Shown here piece after piece: positions 56,123-64,000 of a DNA stretch of 64,000 nt. The notes beneath the pieces are model-generated. The model saw only the letters and a list, made by a program, of their open reading frames with translations. It was not told the DNA's origin and made no database searches. This DNA comes from an uncultured delta proteobacterium (GTDB lineage Bacteria > Myxococcota_A > Polyangia > Polyangiales > Polyangiaceae): assembly GCA_963850305.1 (NCBI GenBank), contig CAWKKR010000001.1, positions 480,001 to 544,000 of the forward strand, in the 5' to 3' direction. A program made the position numbers and the translations under genes. Position 1 is the first letter of the stretch. Every line of letters starts with the position of its first letter.

Positions 56123-56476
56123 ATGACAACTGACCCGCGAACCACCCCGACCGGCGTGCGCGCCCCCCGCGGCGCGCGAATATTCGAGATTTCGTGGGCT
56201 GACGGCCGGACATCGCGGTTGCCCCACCGGATCTTGCGTGGCTATTGCCCCTGCGCGAGCTGTCAGGGGCACTCGGGCGGCGTCGCGTTCATCGAGGCCG
56301 GCGAGCCCGAGCTCGGCGACGTCGCGCAGGTGGGCAACTATGCGCTCGAGCTCGGCTGGGGCGACGGACACGCGACTGGGATTTACCCCTTCCCCTACCT
56401 TCGCCGCCTGGGAGATCTCCACGCGCAGCACGGCGATGCGTTGCCCGAGAAATTCCCCGAGCTGCCATCGGTCTGA
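56123..56476 (+). CDS. DUF971 (GBBH-like N-terminal) protein
   Basis: EISWADG, LRGYCPCASC, VGNYALELGWGDGHATGIY. Confidence 0.92.
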   Translation: MTTDPRTTPTGVRAPRGARIFEISWADGRTSRLPHRILRGYCPCASCQGHSGGVAFIEAGEPELGDVAQVGNYALELGWGDGHATGIYPFPYLRRLGDLHAQHGDALPEKFPELPSV

Positions 56477-56478
56477 GC

Positions 56479-57450
56479 GTGGCTCGCGTCGTCTTCGTCG
56501 TCACCACGTCGTACCCGCGCGAAGACGGGGACGCTTCCGGACACTTCGTCGAGACGGAGGCCGTCCTCCGCGCGAAAGCCGGGGATAGCGTCACCGTCCT
56601 CGCGCCCGGTCGCGGCCCGCGTGAGCGTCGCGGCGTGTCCATCCACTGGCTCCCGGGCGGCGACGCGTTCGGTCCTCCGGGGGCGCTCGCTCGCATCCGT
56701 GCTCGGCCTCGTCGCATCGTCCACGCGAGCGCGTTCGTCCTTGCGGCGAACTGCGTGCTCGCGAACCGCGCGATCGACGAGGTCGTCGCGCACTGGCTCG
56801 TCCCCTGCGCCTGGCCGATCGCGATGACGTGCACGGGCGCGCTCGAGATCGTCTGCCACGGCTCGGACGTCCGTTTGCTTCTGGCCTTGCCGCCTGGAGT
56901 GCGCCTGAAGCTCCTTCACGAGCTCCTCGAGCGAGGCGCACGGTTTCGGTTCGTATCGCGTGACCTACGGGATCGCCTGGCGCGCTCCACGACGGAGGCG
57001 ATTCTCGACAGAAGCCGTGTCGAACCCTGCGCAATCGACGTCACCGGCGTCCCGGCCAAGGCCAACGCGCGGCGCGCGCTCGGCCTGAAGGACGGCGAAC
57101 GCGTCGCGGTCGTGGTGGGTCGCCTCATCGACTCGAAGCGTCCGCTCGACGCGGTTCGCCTCGCGTTCGAGAACGGCGCGGACCGCGTCGTCGTGATCGG
57201 CGCGGGCCCCCTCTGTTGCACGATGGAGCACGACGCGCCGCGTGCCACCCTTCTCGGCAATCTACCCCGCCCGGCAACCCTTGCGTGGCTCGCCGCGGCC
57301 GACGTGCTCGTCAATGCGTCCGGCGACGAAGGGGCGCCGACGGTGATCCGCGAAGCACGCGCCCTCGGCACGAAGGTCACCACGGTGCCGTGCGGCGACG
57401 TGCGCGACTGGGCCGAGCTCGATCCGGGCATCGCGCTCGTGTCGACCTGA
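56479..57450 (+). CDS. Glycosyltransferase family 4
   Basis: VTTSYPR..D..GHFV, AHWLVP, HGSDV, VGRLIDSK, EGAPTVIREA (E-x7-E). Confidence 0.88.
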   Translation: MARVVFVVTTSYPREDGDASGHFVETEAVLRAKAGDSVTVLAPGRGPRERRGVSIHWLPGGDAFGPPGALARIRARPRRIVHASAFVLAANCVLANRAIDEVVAHWLVPCAWPIAMTCTGALEIVCHGSDVRLLLALPPGVRLKLLHELLERGARFRFVSRDLRDRLARSTTEAILDRSRVEPCAIDVTGVPAKANARRALGLKDGERVAVVVGRLIDSKRPLDAVRLAFENGADRVVVIGAGPLCCTMEHDAPRATLLGNLPRPATLAWLAAADVLVNASGDEGAPTVIREARALGTKVTTVPCGDVRDWAELDPGIALVST

Positions 57451-57455
57451 GGCCG

Positions 57456-57974
57456 TCACTCCGCAAAGCGCGGGATGAGTTCCACGAAATTGCAGGGCCG
57501 CGTTCGACCGTCGAGCTGCGGCAGCAAAATCTTGCTCATCGCGAGATTCACTGCGCCCGTCGACCCTGGCAGCAAGAAGACGAGCGTCGTGCGGCACACG
57601 GCGCCTTCGGCACGCGACTGGATGGTGCTCGTGCCGATGTCCGCATACGACAGGTACCGGAACAGTTCGCCGAAGCCGGGAATCGGCTTCGTGACGAGCG
57701 GCGCGAGGGCCTCGGGCGAGACATCGCGACCCGTCAGCCCCGTGCCGCCCGTCGCGATGACGACGTCCACGGCCGAGCCCTCGCCGACCCATCCGGCGAA
57801 CGTGGCGCGGAGCTTCGCGAGATCGTCCGTCACGATGCGACGTTCCGCGACGACGTGACCCGCGCCCTCGAGCGCCGAGACGATCGCCCCGCCGCTGGTG
57901 TCGGTCGCGAGCGTCCGCGTATCGCTGACGGTGAGAACCGCGACGCGCAGTGGAACGAACTCTCGTGCTGCCAT
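57456..57974 (-). CDS. moaB: Molybdenum cofactor biosynthesis protein MoaB/Mog
   Basis: [54 protein letters not shown]. Confidence 0.93.
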   Translation of the reverse strand: MAAREFVPLRVAVLTVSDTRTLATDTSGGAIVSALEGAGHVVAERRIVTDDLAKLRATFAGWVGEGSAVDVVIATGGTGLTGRDVSPEALAPLVTKPIPGFGELFRYLSYADIGTSTIQSRAEGAVCRTTLVFLLPGSTGAVNLAMSKILLPQLDGRTRPCNFVELIPRFAE

Positions 57975-58041
57975 GCGTCCGAGCGTACCAGAAGATGCCT
58001 GGATTCCGGTCGACCGCGAGAGAACCGAGCTAGTCTCGAGC

Positions 58042-59853
58042 GTGCCTTGTCGGCAACCCCGCCGCGCGACGTTCGTCCTCTGCGCCGCGCTCGCGATGGC
58101 CGGGTGCGCGCGCAAAGCGGTCAGCGCGGCCGCCACGAGCTCGAGTGCTCGCGCTGCGAACCCGAGAGCCACCGCGTCCGCACGCGCGTCGACGCCAGCG
58201 CCGTCTGCCTCCACCGTGGAACCGACCCTGCCTCCGATTTCGCCGGGCGGAGAACGCGTCGTCACCGGGCGCAACGGCATGGTCGTCTCGGTCGAGGACA
58301 ACGCGACGCGCGCTGGCGTCGAGGTGCTCGAGGACGGTGGGAACGCGGCCGATGCCATCGTCGCGACGGCGTACGCGCTCGCGGTCACGCACTCGGGCGC
58401 CGGCAATCTCGGCGGCGGCGGCTTCATGCTTTACCGCCCGCACGGCGGCCCGACCGTCGCGATCGACTTTCGCGAACGCGCGCCGAGCGGCGTCACGCAA
58501 GCGCGCTTCGACCGCATGATCGCCGCACACGCGGTTGGCCCTGCTGCCGCGGGCGTTCCCGGCAGCGTCGCGGGACTCGATCTCGTGCTCGCGCGGTTCG
58601 GCAGGTTGGGTCGAAAACGCGTGCTCGCCCGCGCCATCACCCTCGCTCGCGACGGCTTCCGCCTCGGCCATCACCAGGAACTCATGATTGAGTGGGCCTG
58701 GCCCGAGCTCTCACGCGATCCCGAAGCTCGCCGCATCTTCGGAGACGGCGACACGCCGAAGCACGAGGGCGATCGAGTGGTGCAACCGGAGCTGGCGCGC
58801 ACGCTCGAGCGAATTGCGGATCGCGGTGACCCGGGGTTTTACAGCGGTCCGACCGCGGACGCGCTGGCACGACTGACGAAGCGCGGCGGGCTCATCACCC
58901 GGGACGACCTCTCCGCGTATCACGCGGTGATCCGCGAACCGCTCCGTACGACGTACCGCGGCTACGACGTGGAGGTCACGCCGCCACCCTCCGCCGGCGG
59001 CGTGGCCGTCGCCGTGATGCTCGGCCTGTCGTCGGCGCGCGAGAGTCATCGGCTGGCACCAGGCAGCGCAGATGCCCTTCACGATTTCGCGGAGATCGCG
59101 CGTCGCGCTGGCGCCATCCGCCGATTCGAAGTCGCCGATCCGGATTCCGTCCCAGGTTACGACTCGTCCAGGCAACTTGCCGGATGGCTGGACCCGGCGC
59201 GCGCGCTGCCGACTGCACCGCCGATCGACCCGGTGTTTGCAACGCCCTCCTCCGCCGTGGACCCGCGCTTCGCCGGGGCCATGAAGGAACTCGAGCACAC
59301 GACGCACTTTGCCGCCGTGGACGCGGATGGCGACGTCGCGGCGTGCACCACGACCCTGTCCGCCAACTTCGGCGCAAAGGTGATGGTTGCCGGGTTCGTG
59401 CTCAACGATTCGCTTGCGGCGTTCGGTACGGTAGGCGCCAACGTCCTCGCGCCGGGGCGGCGCATGACGTCGTCGATGAGTCCCACGCTGGTTCTCGCGC
59501 ACGGGGTTCCCGTGCTCGTGCTCGGCACGCCGGGCGGCGACACGATCCCGAATACGATCGTCCAGGTGCTCCGGAACGTGATCGACTACGGGATGACGAT
59601 CGATCGCGCCGTCGACGCACCGCGAATTCACCAGGGGTTCGTCCCGGACGAACTCCGCTTCGAGAGCGCGCGCCCGCCTTCCCGGAGCGTCCTCGCCGAG
59701 CTGCGTCGCCGCGGTTATCGCCTGTCGGCGCCCACGCCGGGCTTCGGCGACGCCAACACGTTGCTCGTCGTCGGTGGCGTCGCGTACGGCTATGCCGATC
59801 CGCGGGAGGGTGGGCTCGCGCTCGCAGCCGGCGCGCACGCCAAGATTCAGTGA
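58042..59853 (+). CDS. ggt: Gamma-glutamyltransferase (lipoprotein)
   Basis: Lipobox [35 protein letters not shown], catalytic [24 protein letters not shown]. Start uncertain. Confidence 0.92.
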   Translation: MPCRQPRRATFVLCAALAMAGCARKAVSAAATSSSARAANPRATASARASTPAPSASTVEPTLPPISPGGERVVTGRNGMVVSVEDNATRAGVEVLEDGGNAADAIVATAYALAVTHSGAGNLGGGGFMLYRPHGGPTVAIDFRERAPSGVTQARFDRMIAAHAVGPAAAGVPGSVAGLDLVLARFGRLGRKRVLARAITLARDGFRLGHHQELMIEWAWPELSRDPEARRIFGDGDTPKHEGDRVVQPELARTLERIADRGDPGFYSGPTADALARLTKRGGLITRDDLSAYHAVIREPLRTTYRGYDVEVTPPPSAGGVAVAVMLGLSSARESHRLAPGSADALHDFAEIARRAGAIRRFEVADPDSVPGYDSSRQLAGWLDPARALPTAPPIDPVFATPSSAVDPRFAGAMKELEHTTHFAAVDADGDVAACTTTLSANFGAKVMVAGFVLNDSLAAFGTVGANVLAPGRRMTSSMSPTLVLAHGVPVLVLGTPGGDTIPNTIVQVLRNVIDYGMTIDRAVDAPRIHQGFVPDELRFESARPPSRSVLAELRRRGYRLSAPTPGFGDANTLLVVGGVAYGYADPREGGLALAAGAHAKIQ

Positions 59854-60527
59854 GGGATGGGCGATCCGCCCGGCTCGAATGCCACGAGCAGCGCGACCGT
59901 CGCGTCCTTCGGCGCGACCTCACCCTCGGACAGGCGCCGAACTCGGAGCTCACGCGCACCGGGCGCAACCGCCATCACCGCAACGCGCACGGCGCGGTGG
60001 CTGACGATCGAGCCGTTGGGCGGCGGGGCCGCGCCATCGGTGGACACCACCGTCACGACCAGGTCCCCGTCGGAAACTGCCGCGCTCGACGGTCGATCGA
60101 TCCTCGGCACCGACTTCGGCGCGACGCTGGCGGCCGGAGCGGGCGCAGCTTGCAGCGGGGGCGGCGCGAATCGCGCGAGCGGCACCGGCGGCGGCGCGGA
60201 CGCGACGTTCGGAGCGGCGTGCACTAGGGGCAGCGGCGACGCGGCCGGCGTGGGCGCGAACACGACGTTCGGAGCGGCCGGGGCCATCGGCGGGGGCGGC
60301 TCGGTGCGCGGGATGTCCAGCACCCCGCGGAGCTCCGCACCCACCTTCGCGAGCGTCAACGCCCGATCGTCCGCGCCGGCCTCCGAGGCGGCTTCCGCGG
60401 CGCGGCGGATCCACCGCAACGCCTCCCGGCGCTCGCCCTGGAGCCATAGTGTTCTGGCCGTCTCGAGGGCCCAGCGCGTATCGCTGGAGTCCGCCGGTTC
60501 GCTTACTGGTAGGAGGGCAGCGTCCAT
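59847..60527 (-). CDS. Hypothetical protein (helical N-domain, Pro/Ala linker, small beta C-domain)
   Basis: WALETARTLWLQGERREALRWIRRAAEAA...; RAVRVAV...ALLVAFE; coding-like codon usage. Confidence 0.75.
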   Translation of the reverse strand: MDAALLPVSEPADSSDTRWALETARTLWLQGERREALRWIRRAAEAASEAGADDRALTLAKVGAELRGVLDIPRTEPPPPMAPAAPNVVFAPTPAASPLPLVHAAPNVASAPPPVPLARFAPPPLQAAPAPAASVAPKSVPRIDRPSSAAVSDGDLVVTVVSTDGAAPPPNGSIVSHRAVRVAVMAVAPGARELRVRRLSEGEVAPKDATVALLVAFEPGGSPIPH

Positions 60528-60597
60528 GACGTCACATCGAGACCGAGAGAGCCGTGACCGGTGGTGTGAAGCTTCGGTGCGCGGCCACGAACCAGAT

Positions 60598-63021
60598 TCA
60601 GAACCTCACGCCGACGGCCGTTCGGGTGCCCGACGCGACCGTGGTCGAGGCGAACTTGCGACCGAGAGACGGATTGACGAACACGATGGTCTGCCTGCCA
60701 GGCGCGACGTGAACGCCGCGTATCGGGGTCATCCCGAGCGGGCGGCCATTGACGACCACGTTCGCGCGAGGAATCGAGTTCAAATCCAGCGTGGCAACGC
60801 CGGCGGTCGCAACGCTGGCTCCCGCCGACGCTCGCGTCGGCGCGGTGAACATCCGAGGTCGGACGTTGGCGGCGAAATGGACGTGGCTCTGCGACGCTCT
60901 ATCCGCGGAAGGAGCGAGCGAAATGTCGACCGTTCGCTCCGCGCCGTCGTCGAAGGCGACTTGCTGCGAGAACTCCGTGAAGCCGGGCCGCGTCGCGGTG
61001 ACTTCATGTGCATCGTCGGGAGAGAGCTCCAGGACCGCGGGCAGCGCCGGGATGCGTTTCCCGTCGACGGCAATGCTCGCCCCGTCCGCACCGTCGGCGG
61101 CGCGGAGCTCGAGCCGTCCCTTCCTGACGTGAAGGCGGATGGGGCCGAGGCTCCGGACCTCGCCGCTGTCGAGCTTCACTTCGCTCTCGTAGGGCGCGTA
61201 GTAGCGCGAGTCGCCTTCGACTCGAATCGTGTGCTCGCCCGGTTCGACGCTCGCGACCGAAACCGGCGGTGCCCCGAGGTCGCTTCCATCCACGAACACG
61301 CGCAGGCCATCGCCGACGGCCGCGACGTTCAGGCCGGCGAGTGCGCGCTCTTCAGGAGTGAGCGAGACATGCTCCGCAGCGTGCTGTCCCGCGGTGAGTA
61401 TCATCGCTCGTTCGGCGCTCGCCGGGAGGCCGGCCGCCGACGCCGAGACGAAGTGACTACCGGGAGCGAGCCCATCGACCTCGCACGGGGTCTTCGCGCA
61501 ACGCTCGACGCCGTCGATGAGAACGGAGACGCCTGCCACGGCGCGGCCGTTCGGACCCGAAACGGTGACGACCAGGGAGCCCGGCCGGGATCGCAGAAAC
61601 GCTCCGACGGCGATGCCGCCGATTGCAACCGCCGCGACGGCGAGGAACCAGCGACTCGGAGGCGCATTCCCGAGCGCGCCCGGAGGGATTGACCCCGCGA
61701 CGGGCATCACGGAGCCATCGCTACGTGGCGCGAAGTCCGCGGGGATGGGCGCCGCGCGAGGTATCCGCGGCAGCGTCGTCATCGCCCCACGCGGCGGCAC
61801 CGAGTAGTTCGCAGGCGCGCGGTCCGACCCGCCGGCAATCTGGATGCTCGGGGACTGTTCGACGGTACCGATGCTCTGGGGCGCAACCCCGACGAACACC
61901 GGCACCGGGGGGAGCTCCGGGCGCGGCGGGACCACGACCATCGGCACCGAGCGGATCGCAGCGACAGAGGTGGGCGGACGCGGTACCAGCAGATTCGGAA
62001 CGAGGGGCTGGGTAAATTCCGAATCCGAGTCGTTCGCGACATGGAGTGGCTGCGCAGTCCGCGGAAGCGGACGCGTCACATCGACGTCCGAGGCGCTGGG
62101 AAGCGCCGTGACGACGGCCGAAGGCAGCGGTCGAGTCATATCGTCATGAGACGAGATCTCTTGGGCGCGAGCGAGCGCGCTGGCGAGTTCCCCTGGGGGA
62201 AGCGACGGAGTGACGTCATCCCGGGTTGGCGCCGGGGTGATCTTGGCGAGGGCCACTACCGGCGGCGCGAACGACCACGAGGGCTCTTCGCCCGCCGGGT
62301 CGCCCGGACGCTTCAAGGGAGGCGCCGAAGGAACGGGGACGCCGAGGCGAGCGGGCGGAGCGGTTGGCGGAGGGGGAAGCGCGGAGTGGGACAACGGCGG
62401 AACGGGGACTGCCAACCGCGAGGACGGCGGCGGAGGTGGCGCGGACGCCCGCGGCCCACCCGCGGCACGCGAAGAAGGCGGTGGGGGGATTGAAGTTCGG
62501 ACTGCCGCCATGGACGGAAGTGCCGGAGGTACCGAGGAACGACGGTCCTCGGACACGTCAATCATCGGCACGGCATCGCGCTCCGTCGCGGGCTCCGCTT
62601 GACGCGCGTGCGCGTCGCCCGCAGCGAAGACGGCCGGCGCCTCATCGATGATCACGTCCACGGAGATGTCTTCCACTGCCGGCGCCGCGGCCGGTTGCGG
62701 AACCACGGACGCGCGCCTGGACGGCGGGGGCGGTGGACGAGTTAGACGCGCGCCGCGCGGCGGAGGCAGGGAAGAGCGAAACGATGACGGCGGGGGCGTA
62801 GCAGAAGCACGGCGCATCGAAGAGGGCGGTAGCGAGCCGGCGGACGACCCACGCGGCGGGGGCGCTGAGGGTCTGCCCGGAGCAAGCCGAGCCGACGGCG
62901 GCGGGGGCGGCAAGGACCGCTTCGAGGGTCGGACCGGCTCCTCGTCGATCACGTCAGCGGGTACCTCCTTCGTCGAAAAGAAGTCGTCCAACAGGTCCGG
63001 CGCGCGTTCGGGCGTGTTCAT
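60598..63021 (-). CDS. PEGA-domain membrane protein with long Pro/Ser-rich cytoplasmic region
   Basis: TM FLAVAAVAIGGIAVGAFL followed by PEGA-like repeats (VLIDG...TPC...PGSH; VFVDG...PGEHTI; NSIPRANVVVNGRPLGMTP). Confidence 0.85.
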   Translation of the reverse strand: MNTPERAPDLLDDFFSTKEVPADVIDEEPVRPSKRSLPPPPPSARLAPGRPSAPPPRGSSAGSLPPSSMRRASATPPPSSFRSSLPPPRGARLTRPPPPPSRRASVVPQPAAAPAVEDISVDVIIDEAPAVFAAGDAHARQAEPATERDAVPMIDVSEDRRSSVPPALPSMAAVRTSIPPPPSSRAAGGPRASAPPPPPSSRLAVPVPPLSHSALPPPPTAPPARLGVPVPSAPPLKRPGDPAGEEPSWSFAPPVVALAKITPAPTRDDVTPSLPPGELASALARAQEISSHDDMTRPLPSAVVTALPSASDVDVTRPLPRTAQPLHVANDSDSEFTQPLVPNLLVPRPPTSVAAIRSVPMVVVPPRPELPPVPVFVGVAPQSIGTVEQSPSIQIAGGSDRAPANYSVPPRGAMTTLPRIPRAAPIPADFAPRSDGSVMPVAGSIPPGALGNAPPSRWFLAVAAVAIGGIAVGAFLRSRPGSLVVTVSGPNGRAVAGVSVLIDGVERCAKTPCEVDGLAPGSHFVSASAAGLPASAERAMILTAGQHAAEHVSLTPEERALAGLNVAAVGDGLRVFVDGSDLGAPPVSVASVEPGEHTIRVEGDSRYYAPYESEVKLDSGEVRSLGPIRLHVRKGRLELRAADGADGASIAVDGKRIPALPAVLELSPDDAHEVTATRPGFTEFSQQVAFDDGAERTVDISLAPSADRASQSHVHFAANVRPRMFTAPTRASAGASVATAGVATLDLNSIPRANVVVNGRPLGMTPIRGVHVAPGRQTIVFVNPSLGRKFASTTVASGTRTAVGVRF

Positions 63022-63139
63022 CGCTCTGATCCTTTGGAAGCGCTGTCACCTACCTCGGGCTACGTGACCCGTGGCCGGTGCCACCTTCCGCACCGCAGCC
63101 CCGACTTTACCCGCTCAAGCCGGCCGGCGCACCAGATCT

Positions 63140-63778
63140 TCAGCTGCCAATGGCCCGTCGCATCGTGTTTTTGAGGAATTCAGGCTGCTCCGCTGCATAA
63201 AAGTAGGGGTACTGCGGATGGCCGCTGGTCAAGTCCTCCCGCATTTTTCCGTTCGAATCGAAGAAGAAGATGCGTGGGACGTAGCCGCCGTATTTTTGAT
63301 TGTAGGGCGCCAACCAGGCTGGGTCGTCGTCATTGTTCTGACGAACCATGACGAACTTCCTCGCGAGGGCCTCGATTTCGGGATCGGAGAAGACGGGCCC
63401 GAGCGCCCTGCAATGTGGACACCAGTCGGCGTAGACAAGCACCAACATGGGCTTCGATTCGTGGCTCGCGAGGGCAAGGCCATCGCTCCACGTATGCCAC
63501 TGGATGTCGCCTTTCCATTCGACGGCGTTCGAGGGCGGCGCGGATGCGGCGGGCGTCGCCGGGCGAGGCGACTCGGACGGCGCGATCGCGGCCGCACGCG
63601 GCGCGGCTCCAGGCGGCTTCTGGGTCGCGGCTTGCGCTGACTCCGAGACGTCGCTGGAGCGGCAACCCGACAGGACGGCCAGAAGAGCGACCCCGAACAG
63701 CGACCGAACGATGGACACGACTGAACGGGTAGCACGCGCGTTCGGACCGGCGCAAACGCCGACGCGAATTTCCGACAC
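63140..63778 (-). CDS. Thioredoxin-family lipoprotein
   Basis: Lipobox LLAVLSG-C; KPMLVLVYADWCPHC; YVPRIFF. The true start is probably slightly downstream of 63778. Confidence 0.88.
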   Translation of the reverse strand: MSEIRVGVCAGPNARATRSVVSIVRSLFGVALLAVLSGCRSSDVSESAQAATQKPPGAAPRAAAIAPSESPRPATPAASAPPSNAVEWKGDIQWHTWSDGLALASHESKPMLVLVYADWCPHCRALGPVFSDPEIEALARKFVMVRQNNDDDPAWLAPYNQKYGGYVPRIFFFDSNGKMREDLTSGHPQYPYFYAAEQPEFLKNTMRRAIGS

Positions 63779-63880
63779 GAACCTGCCAACCCCGTGGATC
63801 GCCCGGGTCGACCCAGCGGAGCGCCGGGTTCAATGCGTCGGAAGCCGCATCCAGGCGCCTCGGGGGCTAAAGTCTACCCG

Positions 63881-64000
63881 ATGCGTCCTCGCGCCGCGCT
63901 CTGGCTCCTTGCGACGGCGATGCTCGGGCGCGGTGCTCACGCTGCGACTCGCGATCGGCAGCGACTCGATATCCATGTGGCGCGCTACCGGACGTCGAAC
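63881..64000 (+). CDS. N-terminus of an exported protein (possibly M16 peptidase-like), truncated by the window end
   Basis: MRPRAALWLLATAMLGRGAHA signal-like peptide followed by ...LDIHVARYRTSN. Too short for a firm call. Confidence 0.4.
   Translation, partial: MRPRAALWLLATAMLGRGAHAATRDRQRLDIHVARYRTSN

Overview
GC-rich core-chromosome window. The gene content points to a myxobacterium, probably Polyangiaceae/Sorangiineae-like (inference from lipoproteins with Cys/DxG motifs, SxPP-rich linkers, zinc-ribbon/TPR and PEGA proteins). Housekeeping genes: ssb, merR-family, ihfA, polA, hrpB, rlmM-like, mutS, rsmA, atpD-atpC, dnaG, rpoD, rpsU, moaB/mog and ggt. It also carries a DUF4350-MoxR-amino-acid dehydrogenase-DUF58-rsmA operon and three glycosyltransferases. 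No rRNA, tRNA, transposase, integrase, prophage or CRISPR-cas was recognised. The most unusual content is: (1) three unrelated repeat arrays around rlmM, namely a 21-bp two-unit heptad array, a 42-bp array and a 134-bp mosaic of GAA-loop hairpins; (2) a ~16 kb TPR cluster whose two giant, translationally coupled proteins both end in an apparently catalytically dead M48-like metallopeptidase domain, next to a parvulin lacking its conserved histidines; (3) two large Cys-rich lipoprotein genes directly upstream of mutS; (4) a probable pseudo-enzyme SDR. Several single-base frameshifts (two in dnaG, one in the DUF4350 gene, one in a TPR gene) are most likely sequencing errors.
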